From IMG/VR virus record IMGVR_UViG_3300032046_005540, positions 96,001-160,000 of that record: a stretch of 64,000 bases of DNA. One strand, written 5' to 3'. A program made the position numbers and the translations under genes. The notes below the pieces were generated by a model. It did no database searches. It was not told where the DNA came from and saw only the letters and a program-made list of their open reading frames with translations. Source of the stretch: a virus. Within the stretch, counting starts at the first letter, position 1. Every line of letters begins with the position of its first letter. This document shows positions 56,898 through 64,000 of this stretch, piece after piece.

Positions 56898-58856
56898 TTA
56901 TGCCCCTCCATGTATTAAATCAGAAATACTTGGCTGTTTTCCTAAAGGAATTGCGATTATTGGAAATTTTATAATAATTTCTTCCTTACCTTTTGTTATC
57001 TCCGGAATCCCCGCTTCTATTGTTCTTATTCTTTCGAGGGGAAGAGCTCGTTCACCAACCCCTTTTCTATATTTTTCATAAGTATAAGCAATTTCCCTTT
57101 TTAAATCTTCAGGAGAAAGATATCCTCCTTTTACTTCTTCCATAGCTTTTCGTGCAAGTCTTTCTTCACCAGTTTCACGTAATCTTTGAGCTCCTAATAG
57201 TCCTGTTAATGCAGTATATTCTCCTGCTGCAGTTGTTTTTAACCATTCCTTTTTTTCTCTTTCTTCTGCTTTTGTTTTAGCCCATTCCTGAGCCGCTGTA
57301 ACAGCTTTCACAACTTGGTCAAGAGATATCATAGAAGTGGTAAGTAAAGCTAAATAGGGTATTAACCTTGCAAATCCCAAAGTAGTAGCTCCTAATCCAG
57401 CTCCAAGTCCTGCTGCTCCGACACCTAATCCTCCAGCACCTCCACCAAATCCTACTCCTCTTAAAGCTAAAGCAGTCATTATAGCTCCAGGGACAGCACC
57501 TAAAACAGCACCTCCAATACCTCCAGCAGCACCAGCAACCCCTCCTAACCCTTGGGATCTCAAATAATCCATAAATTGTAAGAAAGGATAATACCATTCT
57601 CGCATTCCTTTAGTACTTGTTTCCATCGTCTTTCTTAATTCATCAAGAGCATTAGTAAGTTCTTGTGTAGGAGTTTTCATTTCCTCAATAGACTTTGTAA
57701 AAACTTCACCACCTTTTTCTAATGTGGGGACTACTCGTTGAAATTGCATAAGTTCCATATCCATAAATTGTTTAAAACCTATAGATTGTATTGCTTTATT
57801 AGAAAACATTTTTAAGGTTTCTTTTCCAGCAATTGCGAAAACTTGCCCAAAAAGCTCTGGAGCGGCTGTTGTTTGAAAAACATCTGCCTGCTGCGCAACT
57901 CCTAAACCTCTGAAGGTAGAAGCCTCCCCATATCTTTTTTTAGCTGCCACATCTAATGCTTCTTTAGTTTCGGGAGAAACATCTTCCCAAGCTCTGCCCA
58001 ACATCATTGCCATTTTTACTCTAAGGTTGAACCCTCCTGCAGTCATTTGAGATTGAGCTAATGTTTGCATAACATTTTGTGCTTCTCTTGCGGTTATAGT
58101 TCCTTTCTTTAAATCATCAGTAAATAAATTCGTAAATGCCATTGCATCACGAATTGAAAAACCATATTGTTGTATTTGAGAAGTCAACCCAAAAACAGTA
58201 TTTTTATAAAGTTCTAAAGGAACTCCCGCGGCCGCTGCATTCAAAGCCATTGTTTCATAAGAATCAGCAATATTATCTATTGACATTCCTAGTTGTTCAT
58301 GCATAGTAACAAAATCTCTTGGAAAAGACTTACTTATGCCTAAAGAATATTTAACAAAAAGAGGAAGCATTTGATTAATTTCTTGTTCCGACCACATCCT
58401 CTGCTCAGTTAACGCTTTCATAATCTCTTCAGCCGCAGATCTTGCTGCTTTACCTCCCATCCCGGAAGCCGTAGAAAGTTGCTCATAATATTTAGTAATT
58501 GATACTACACCTATTCCAAGAGCTCTATTTAATTCAGACTGTTTCTTTTCAAGGTTGTCCATTTCTCGCAACATTACTGCCATACCACCAACTGCTAAAC
58601 CTAATCTTGTAGTAAATAAATGTAATTGTTGGGAATTCTCAAAGATAAGAGGTCCAAGTCTTGCACTCTCTTTATTCATGACCCCAAGCTGATTTAAAAA
58701 GGTATTAATATGCCCCCCAGCATAAGACCAGCCAAAGAGTCTAAATAAAGCTTCGAAAGAATTTGTTAAAGTAGTAACACCTACAGCAGCTTCTTTTCCA
58801 CCAGGCCCTAACTTACCTAATTGTTCTGACATTCCAGCTAATTCTTCACCAACCAT
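56898..58856 (-). CDS. tail tape measure protein
   Basis: Ala/Gly/Met-rich helical protein with a Gly-rich hydrophobic stretch, downstream of tube and chaperones. Confidence 0.75.
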   Translation of the reverse strand: MVGEELAGMSEQLGKLGPGGKEAAVGVTTLTNSFEALFRLFGWSYAGGHINTFLNQLGVMNKESARLGPLIFENSQQLHLFTTRLGLAVGGMAVMLREMDNLEKKQSELNRALGIGVVSITKYYEQLSTASGMGGKAARSAAEEIMKALTEQRMWSEQEINQMLPLFVKYSLGISKSFPRDFVTMHEQLGMSIDNIADSYETMALNAAAAGVPLELYKNTVFGLTSQIQQYGFSIRDAMAFTNLFTDDLKKGTITAREAQNVMQTLAQSQMTAGGFNLRVKMAMMLGRAWEDVSPETKEALDVAAKKRYGEASTFRGLGVAQQADVFQTTAAPELFGQVFAIAGKETLKMFSNKAIQSIGFKQFMDMELMQFQRVVPTLEKGGEVFTKSIEEMKTPTQELTNALDELRKTMETSTKGMREWYYPFLQFMDYLRSQGLGGVAGAAGGIGGAVLGAVPGAIMTALALRGVGFGGGAGGLGVGAAGLGAGLGATTLGFARLIPYLALLTTSMISLDQVVKAVTAAQEWAKTKAEEREKKEWLKTTAAGEYTALTGLLGAQRLRETGEERLARKAMEEVKGGYLSPEDLKREIAYTYEKYRKGVGERALPLERIRTIEAGIPEITKGKEEIIIKFPIIAIPLGKQPSISDLIHGGA

Positions 58857-58873
58857 AAAACTCCTTTATAAAT

Positions 58874-58912
58874 AAAAAAAAGCAGGTAACCTATAAAAGC
58901 ATTACCTGCTTT
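58874..58912 (-). terminator. Rho-independent terminator
   Basis: AAAGCAGGTAA-N12-TTACCTGCTTT followed by a T run on the minus strand. Confidence 0.75.
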
Positions 58913-58966
58913 GAGTTCTTCTCAAAAGCTTGGTTATTTATAAAATCTTCGTTCAAAAAACTTTGT

Positions 58967-59461
58967 TCAAAAAACCTCGTTCAACATCCCATTTGATAAT
59001 AAATTTTCATAAACCTCTTTAAAAGATTGCAAAAATTCTTTTTCAGAGTAACTATCTTCAAGGTCATCTTCACAGAGGATTTCATAATAACGGCGGGCTA
59101 ATTCATCCTTAGTAAATCCCGGATGGTTTTTAATTTGGCAAAGAACTGTCGAAGGACTTACTATTCCTTTATTTAACGGTAGTTTTTCAAAATATTTATG
59201 CCCTTTAGCAGTTATTACAGGAACTTTCTCCATTTCATTTTCCTTCACAATTTCATCAGAAGGGTCTAAACATTCTGGTTTAAAAAGAAGATGCCATGCC
59301 GAAGTATCACGAGTTCTATCTAACCTTACTTCAATTATAGAAGGAAAAATAGCTACTACTGTTCCTGTTTTTCCTACAGGATCAACAATACCATTATCTC
59401 CATTACGGGCTCTTTCATTAATCTTAACCTTCATTCTTCCCTTTACTTCACTTTGTTTCAT
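58967..59461 (-). CDS. hypothetical moron-like protein
   Basis: Has its own promoter, AGGAGG RBS and terminator; N-terminus SH3/KOW-like (G.TGTVV). Confidence 0.6.
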   Translation of the reverse strand: MKQSEVKGRMKVKINERARNGDNGIVDPVGKTGTVVAIFPSIIEVRLDRTRDTSAWHLLFKPECLDPSDEIVKENEMEKVPVITAKGHKYFEKLPLNKGIVSPSTVLCQIKNHPGFTKDELARRYYEILCEDDLEDSYSEKEFLQSFKEVYENLLSNGMLNEVF

Positions 59462-59484
59462 CTCTCCTCCTTATTTTATTGTTC

Positions 59485-59515
59485 AATATATTATACACAA
59501 AATTTAAAGAAAAGA
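59485..59515 (-). promoter_or_regulatory. sigma70-type promoter (31-bp element duplicated at 59869-59899)
   Basis: TTGTTC-N18-TATAAT; identical 31-mer upstream of the next ORF. Confidence 0.75.
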
Positions 59516-59578
59516 ACAATTTTCTTAGATATAATCCTTTTTGATTTTGGGGTATAATTAAAGACATTTTACTACCTC

Positions 59579-59848
59579 CTAAATAACTATTTCAAACTTA
59601 TATCCTCTATCATTATACATTGTAATTTTTTTAGATTGCTTTCTTTTAATAATGCTACTACAAGAAGACCAATAAATGTTATTTTGTAATTTTTCTTTAG
59701 GTTCATTCTTCTTATTTGAACACATCCCCCACAATATAAGAAAGGCTAATCCAACAGGAGTTACTGCAACTCCTACAATAAGTATAATAAAAAGAATTAC
59801 AAAAAATCCTTTGCATAATTTTTCTATTATATTTAAAAAGTTTAACAT
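59579..59848 (-). CDS. small membrane protein (moron-like)
   Basis: Long hydrophobic segment; own promoter and RBS. Confidence 0.55.
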   Translation of the reverse strand: MLNFLNIIEKLCKGFFVILFIILIVGVAVTPVGLAFLILWGMCSNKKNEPKEKLQNNIYWSSCSSIIKRKQSKKITMYNDRGYKFEIVI

Positions 59849-59868
59849 TTATTGCTCCTTTCTTATCT

Positions 59869-59899
59869 AATATATTATACACAAAATTTAAAGAAAAGA
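59869..59899 (-). promoter_or_regulatory. sigma70-type promoter (copy 2 of the 31-bp element)
   Basis: aatatattatacacaaaatttaaagaaaaga, identical to 59485-59515. Confidence 0.75.
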
Positions 59900-59907
59900 G
59901 TAACTTT

Positions 59908-60543
59908 TTACATATAATCCATCTCAACACTATCCCCTTCATCCTGACTTTCAAGATATTCTTGAGTTTTTTCATCAAACAAAACATTTTCTCGAGTGCT
60001 TTCTTCTGATTGTTTTACTCGATCATACAACTCTTTATCTAACCAAGGCTGCAACATTTCAAAAACATTTTTAATTAATTCAACTATGTATTTATTTTTA
60101 TCTTTATTACTTTTTACTGAATTATAAAAGATCCACAACAATTGAGCATTATTATATTTTGAAGAATTTAAAACTTTATCAATTCCAGAACTTTTAGATA
60201 CTTCCCATAAAAACTTAGATTGAACATCATTCTCTACAATATCCTCAACTATTTTATTTAAACCTTTAATCCATTCATTGTAAACTTTAGTATACTTTTC
60301 AAATATTTTATCAACTACAAAAAAGTTTAAAGATCTTAAAAAAGCTTCTTTTTCTTTCTCAGATTTATTTGGAATAATCAAAACAGAAGCTAAAAGTTTA
60401 ACACATTCCTCTAAAGTCTGAGGAAAAGGTTTTTCATCAATTTTTAAAGTTAAAGACCAATCAACTTTTTTAAAAGGTTTAATTGTTATTACAGGTAATA
60501 TATTTTCAAAAATAGCATTTTTTACTTGCTCTTTACTAAACAT
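59908..60543 (-). CDS. putative tail assembly chaperone 2
   Basis: Between tube and tape measure; weak similarity to the upstream chaperone (KPF...W, LLA, VV..I...Y.K). Confidence 0.55.
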   Translation of the reverse strand: MFSKEQVKNAIFENILPVITIKPFKKVDWSLTLKIDEKPFPQTLEECVKLLASVLIIPNKSEKEKEAFLRSLNFFVVDKIFEKYTKVYNEWIKGLNKIVEDIVENDVQSKFLWEVSKSSGIDKVLNSSKYNNAQLLWIFYNSVKSNKDKNKYIVELIKNVFEMLQPWLDKELYDRVKQSEESTRENVLFDEKTQEYLESQDEGDSVEMDYM

Positions 60544-60552
60544 AAATTCTCC

Positions 60553-60586
60553 AAAAAAAAGCGAGCAGTTTTCTATTTCTGCTCGC
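60553..60586 (-). terminator. Rho-independent terminator overlapping the chaperone-1 stop codon
   Basis: GCGAGCAG-N10-CTGCTCGC followed by T8 on the minus strand. Confidence 0.75.
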
Positions 60587-61136
60587 CTTTAGGTTCTACA
60601 TAAGCTCTAACTTGAACAGAAGGATCTTTAGATTCTTCATCAAGCTTTTTTACTTCTTCAACAACTTTTTGTGCTTCTACTTCTTTTTCTTTTGTTTCTT
60701 CCTTAGTCTCTTCTCCTTTTCCCAATAAAAAAGTTTGTTGTTCTTCTTGCAATTTATTATACTCAGCATCGATAACATTTACAACAACTGAATCCCACTT
60801 TTTAATAAGGATTTTTTTATAATCAAGAACCGAAATAGCAGTTTCCTTATCAAGATCGTGATCCTTATTATAAGCATCCACTTGTTCCTGAGTAATAAAA
60901 GGTTCTCCATTAATAGAAATTATACATCTTGCAAGCAATTCAACTTTAGCAAGCCAAGCAATTACACTAAAAGGAGTATCTGCAAGAGCTTTTGCTATCT
61001 CAATATTCTTTCCTACATCTAACAACTCAATTTCAACTTCCCAATCTTGAACTTTGGATCCTTTCCAAGTTCTAAAAGGTTTAACTTTTTTCTTTGCCAT
61101 ACGAGTTATGTATGTCAAAACTTCACCATAATTCAT
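60573..61136 (-). CDS. putative tail assembly chaperone 1
   Basis: Immediately after the tube gene; ELLARCIISING.P...W...VV..I...Y..L. Confidence 0.6.
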   Translation of the reverse strand: MNYGEVLTYITRMAKKKVKPFRTWKGSKVQDWEVEIELLDVGKNIEIAKALADTPFSVIAWLAKVELLARCIISINGEPFITQEQVDAYNKDHDLDKETAISVLDYKKILIKKWDSVVVNVIDAEYNKLQEEQQTFLLGKGEETKEETKEKEVEAQKVVEEVKKLDEESKDPSVQVRAYVEPKGEQK

Positions 61137-61164
61137 TTCTTCCTCCTTTACTTTAATAAACTAA

Positions 61165-61647
61165 TTATGCAACCCGAGTAGGTCTTACCGTCATTGTTTC
61201 AACATTAGTAATTGCTCCTGTAGAAATAGTTTTACCCCAATCAGTAATCCAACAATCCTCATAAGTTGTATAAACAATTCCTGCATTACCATCAGCCTTC
61301 CCCGGAGGACCAGTTACCGCATTATTAAAAAGATTTGTTTGCGGATGATGAATTGCTTCTTTAATATCTACAGATCTAATTTGATTTTGAATATCTTTAG
61401 TCACAATTCCGAAATGATCAAACAAAACTTTATTATATAATCGAACTTTCTCAAGTCTTATTGTATAATCAGTAACTCCAGGAACGATCTCTTTTATTTG
61501 GCCTCCGTTAGTTGCGATTTCTCTTACAACATCAACCGTCCTTGTTTGCGTTGGATTAAAACTTCGAAGAGTACCAACAGGAATATCATCGATAGATACA
61601 TCATAGGAAAACCATACTTCGCTAGCAGTGAATGGAAGTCTTGCCAT
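61165..61647 (-). CDS. tail tube protein
   Basis: VG.L.SF.P...R....VREI......EIVPG, Y.DCWI....; downstream of sheath; GGAGG before ATG 61647. Confidence 0.8.
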   Translation of the reverse strand: MARLPFTASEVWFSYDVSIDDIPVGTLRSFNPTQTRTVDVVREIATNGGQIKEIVPGVTDYTIRLEKVRLYNKVLFDHFGIVTKDIQNQIRSVDIKEAIHHPQTNLFNNAVTGPPGKADGNAGIVYTTYEDCWITDWGKTISTGAITNVETMTVRPTRVA

Positions 61648-62527
61648 AATTTTCACCTCCAATTAAATTTTTTAATTTCATTTTTACTTCTTCAGTATTA
61701 TTCAAAATATCATCTTCCCAAAATCTTAGAAGAATGAAGTTATTGCTTTTAGCTACTTCATTATGTTTAATATCTCTTTCTTTTACTTTTAATTGCATTT
61801 TATTTAACTTTTGAAACTTTAAAGGATTACTATGATAGTAATCTCCATCTACTTCTATAAGAACATTAGAATTGAGAATATGAAAATCAAATAAACAATG
61901 CTCAAGTCGATATTGATGTTCAAAAGAAATGTTTAAAGAAGTCAAAATCTCTTTCATTTTAAGTTCAGGTTTTGTATTTGTAAAAGGACCTGAATGATTT
62001 TGAATATGAAGTAATGCACTTTTACTCATTTTTTCTTTTGTTTTTTCAGAATGAGGCCCTAATTTTTTACCTTCACGAGATTTTGATTGTTTTCTTTTTA
62101 TTTCAGAAGCTTTCTCTTCCCCATAAAATTCTTCATAAGTTTTTTCTCTTCGAGGACCTCCTATTTTTTCACAAGATTCTTTAGGCCAATTCTTTTTATG
62201 AGGTCGCGGAGGTTTTCTATTTCTTTGTGCTTCTAAAAAATTAACCCGAAAAACAGGGTCAGACATTGTTTTTTTAACACTCTTACTTGTTTTTTCGTGC
62301 TCTTCTTTTCGAGACCATCTAACAAAAGAACTTGCTTTTAACTTTTTTTTATGTTCTTCAGATTTTGGCTTACCTTTATTTGCTTCACTTTTTGATCTTG
62401 TAGGAATATTATATTTTCGCATCCACCGTAACACAGTTGCATCTGAAATATCTAACAAATTTCCAATTTGTTTTAATGTTAATCGTTTTCGAATATAATA
62501 TTCTTCGAGTATTTCTTTACTTATCAT
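61622..62527 (-). CDS. free-standing endonuclease: HTH + NUMOD3 + DUF559/Vsr-like domain
   Basis: LTLKQIG..L.IS..TV..W, KSEEHKKKL, HSEKTKEKMS, TKPELKM, IEVDGDYYH, LLRFWE. Confidence 0.82.
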   Translation of the reverse strand: MISKEILEEYYIRKRLTLKQIGNLLDISDATVLRWMRKYNIPTRSKSEANKGKPKSEEHKKKLKASSFVRWSRKEEHEKTSKSVKKTMSDPVFRVNFLEAQRNRKPPRPHKKNWPKESCEKIGGPRREKTYEEFYGEEKASEIKRKQSKSREGKKLGPHSEKTKEKMSKSALLHIQNHSGPFTNTKPELKMKEILTSLNISFEHQYRLEHCLFDFHILNSNVLIEVDGDYYHSNPLKFQKLNKMQLKVKERDIKHNEVAKSNNFILLRFWEDDILNNTEEVKMKLKNLIGGENYGKTSIHC

Positions 62528-62550
62528 TTTAATCCTTATAATTATTAAAA

Positions 62551-63921
62551 TTACACATACAAATAAAAAGTCACGCGAATGTAGTCAAGTGGATAAAGGA
62601 ACTTTATTGCACCGGTCACGTCTACTTGTCTTGGATCTACTAAACTTTGAACCGCCTTAATTGGAACCTCTCCAGTTAGGGGATCTGTTTTTGTTCCATA
62701 AGCATAAATATATCCATTTCTAACCATTGCGTTCCAAATAGCCTTTAATGCTTCTTCAACCAATCCAGGAGTTTCTGGCCCTATCACAATTCCTTTACCA
62801 ATAAACCTTTCATCAAGTTTATTTCTTGTAATCCTGCGAACATAATCATCACTTGCTATAATAGAAACTTCAACCGTATCCGCAGAAGTTGGATCAGTAG
62901 TTAAAGCATGTCTAACTTTTACAACTCCAGACACACTATAACACACCAAAACTCCATTTGCTCCTAGCCGATTCATATCATATGGTTCATATTCCTCATC
63001 TAAAAGAGAGAAGCCTACAAGAGTTTTTCCTGTTACTGGATATACAACTTTCTCTTGACTCGTAATAGCACCAGCAACTGCGGCCGCTATATAAGAACCA
63101 TCTAAAGTCAAATCATTTCTATCCACATTATCTCCAGGAAATACTAAAATAGCACGACTACTTGCTAATGCGTTTGCTTTAGTAATATGATTATCAACAG
63201 TCGAAGAAGAGCTCATTCCCAAAATACATTCTCTTTCATGTCCAATTAAAGGTTGAGATTCTAACAAACAATGATTAACAAAATAAGCTTGTTGTGTAGA
63301 ATCAACGGTAATTGGAACTACATATGCAACATTCTTTTTCTTTCTTAACTTGTTTACTGCAGTTTGCCAATCAGAATCAGCAGAACCACTAACTTGAACA
63401 CACATAACAGCAGGAGCACCATTTTCTAATGCTAAATTTGCAGCCATTGTCATAGAACCATCAGCGGCTGCACTTTCCTCTCCATAAAAAGCAAGCACAT
63501 CATCTGAATCTACAAACGTTGTAGGATCAAACTGAGTTGCATCTACTGGATAGGTATAAGAAACATAATATGTTTCTCCTTCTCTTGGCTGACCATCTCC
63601 AGGAGTTCCACTATTCCATTCTATATATCCTAAATTATTCTCATCAGTTCCAGCACCATAAGTCCAATTTCCTATCCAATTTGAATAACTTCCAGAAACA
63701 CCAGGAATAGCAGCAACTTGACTAACAGTAACATTAAAATGTTGTAAAAAATCTTGATTTGAAGACCCAGAACCAGCTGCTCTGACCACAGCTTCATCTA
63801 TTACTGTTCTAATACTTGGACCAGTTGCTATAATTGCTGGAATTCTGACCTCCTCAGAAATATTAATTATTCTTTGATTAGCAATACTAACGACTTCCAC
63901 TCCAGGACTTTTATATACCAT
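62551..63921 (-). CDS. contractile tail sheath protein
   Basis: Y.SPGV.V, A.LA.ENGA, ER, G.Y.AAA.AG, MN.L...GV, V.VRH.LTT, DPR.V.V.....YPL.YI.V.F. Confidence 0.9.
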   Translation of the reverse strand: MVYKSPGVEVVSIANQRIINISEEVRIPAIIATGPSIRTVIDEAVVRAAGSGSSNQDFLQHFNVTVSQVAAIPGVSGSYSNWIGNWTYGAGTDENNLGYIEWNSGTPGDGQPREGETYYVSYTYPVDATQFDPTTFVDSDDVLAFYGEESAAADGSMTMAANLALENGAPAVMCVQVSGSADSDWQTAVNKLRKKKNVAYVVPITVDSTQQAYFVNHCLLESQPLIGHERECILGMSSSSTVDNHITKANALASSRAILVFPGDNVDRNDLTLDGSYIAAAVAGAITSQEKVVYPVTGKTLVGFSLLDEEYEPYDMNRLGANGVLVCYSVSGVVKVRHALTTDPTSADTVEVSIIASDDYVRRITRNKLDERFIGKGIVIGPETPGLVEEALKAIWNAMVRNGYIYAYGTKTDPLTGEVPIKAVQSLVDPRQVDVTGAIKFLYPLDYIRVTFYLYV

Positions 63922-64000
63922 TTGAAACCTCCTTTAATAAATTATTTTCGATTTCTTTTAAATTCTTTATAACAATCAATTTTAAATTTTTATATCCATA
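63911..64000 (-). CDS. C-terminus of another NUMOD3-type endonuclease (paralogue of 33068..33772), truncated by the window edge
   Basis: YGYKNLKLIVIKNLKEIENNLLKEVSNGI* vs YGYKDLKLIVIKDLKEIE. Confidence 0.7.
   Translation of the reverse strand, partial: YGYKNLKLIVIKNLKEIENNLLKEVSNGI

Noticed and set aside
59448-59567. 39-aa ORF MSLIIPQNQKG... with AGGAGG RBS
   Set aside because: Runs through the duplicated promoter; possibly a remnant of a disrupted gene but cannot be supported.
2033-59987. Alternate-frame minus-strand ORFs (2033, 32010, 37020, 51635, 52417, 57319, 59712)
   Set aside because: Nested in better-supported genes; non-protein-like composition.
6859-61737. All plus-strand ORFs in the track (e.g. 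50149..50694, 24336..24668, 46030..46359)
   Set aside because: Antisense shadows of well-supported minus-strand genes with no recognisable motifs.
30845-62527. Group I introns or inteins hosting the endonucleases
   Set aside because: Flanking genes appear complete, there is no non-coding room for intron cores, and no intein motifs were seen in DnaB or the helicase.
38844-63921. eCIS/tailocin rather than phage
   Set aside because: Contiguous with phage-type replication, DNA-modification and homing-endonuclease genes; head genes probably lie beyond the right edge.
1-64000. Genome-wide stop-codon reassignment (code 4, 15 or 25)
   Set aside because: Coding density is near complete in code 11; TGA and TAG end many genes, including ATGA overlaps; only one internal TGA was found.
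1-64000. CRISPR array, tRNA or rRNA genes
   Set aside because: Intergenic gaps are short; no repeat-spacer pattern or cloverleaf was seen by eye.

Overview
A 64-kb, very AT-rich segment of a large myovirus-type bacteriophage, probably infecting a diderm bacterium. All credible genes lie on the minus strand and use the standard genetic code. In transcription order (right to left) there are four modules. (1) Contractile-tail module: sheath, tube, chaperones, tape measure, hub, spike, two gp25-like proteins tied to beta-helix domains, baseplate J, wedge and three paralogous fibre-like proteins. (2) A directly adjacent ~20-kb glycan-building locus: 12 glycosyltransferases, 6 SAM methyltransferases (one with an in-frame TGA), a DegT-type aminotransferase and MetF. 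(3) Accessory and envelope genes: Hfq/Sm-like protein, SF2 helicase, GIY-YIG, DUF6884, beta-barrel-like protein, lipoprotein and L,D-transpeptidase. (4) Replication genes (DnaC, DnaB, primase Zn-finger, sigma factor, RNase HII) interleaved with a 7-deazaguanine pathway: FolE2, QueD, QueE, QueC, archaeal-type ArcS plus RaSEA, a phosphoribosyltransferase and DUF366. Five free-standing NUMOD3-type endonuclease genes are scattered through the window. Top candidates for new biology: (a) a virion O-glycosylation system, supported by about 30 Ser-Gly-Ser tripeptides in virion proteins versus 2 in non-structural proteins; (b) an ArcS+RaSEA archaeosine route for DNA with a possible pre-replicative PRTase step; (c) a choice-of-anchor-Q-like beta-helix domain split across two baseplate genes. 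All family assignments come from motif recognition; no database searches were run.
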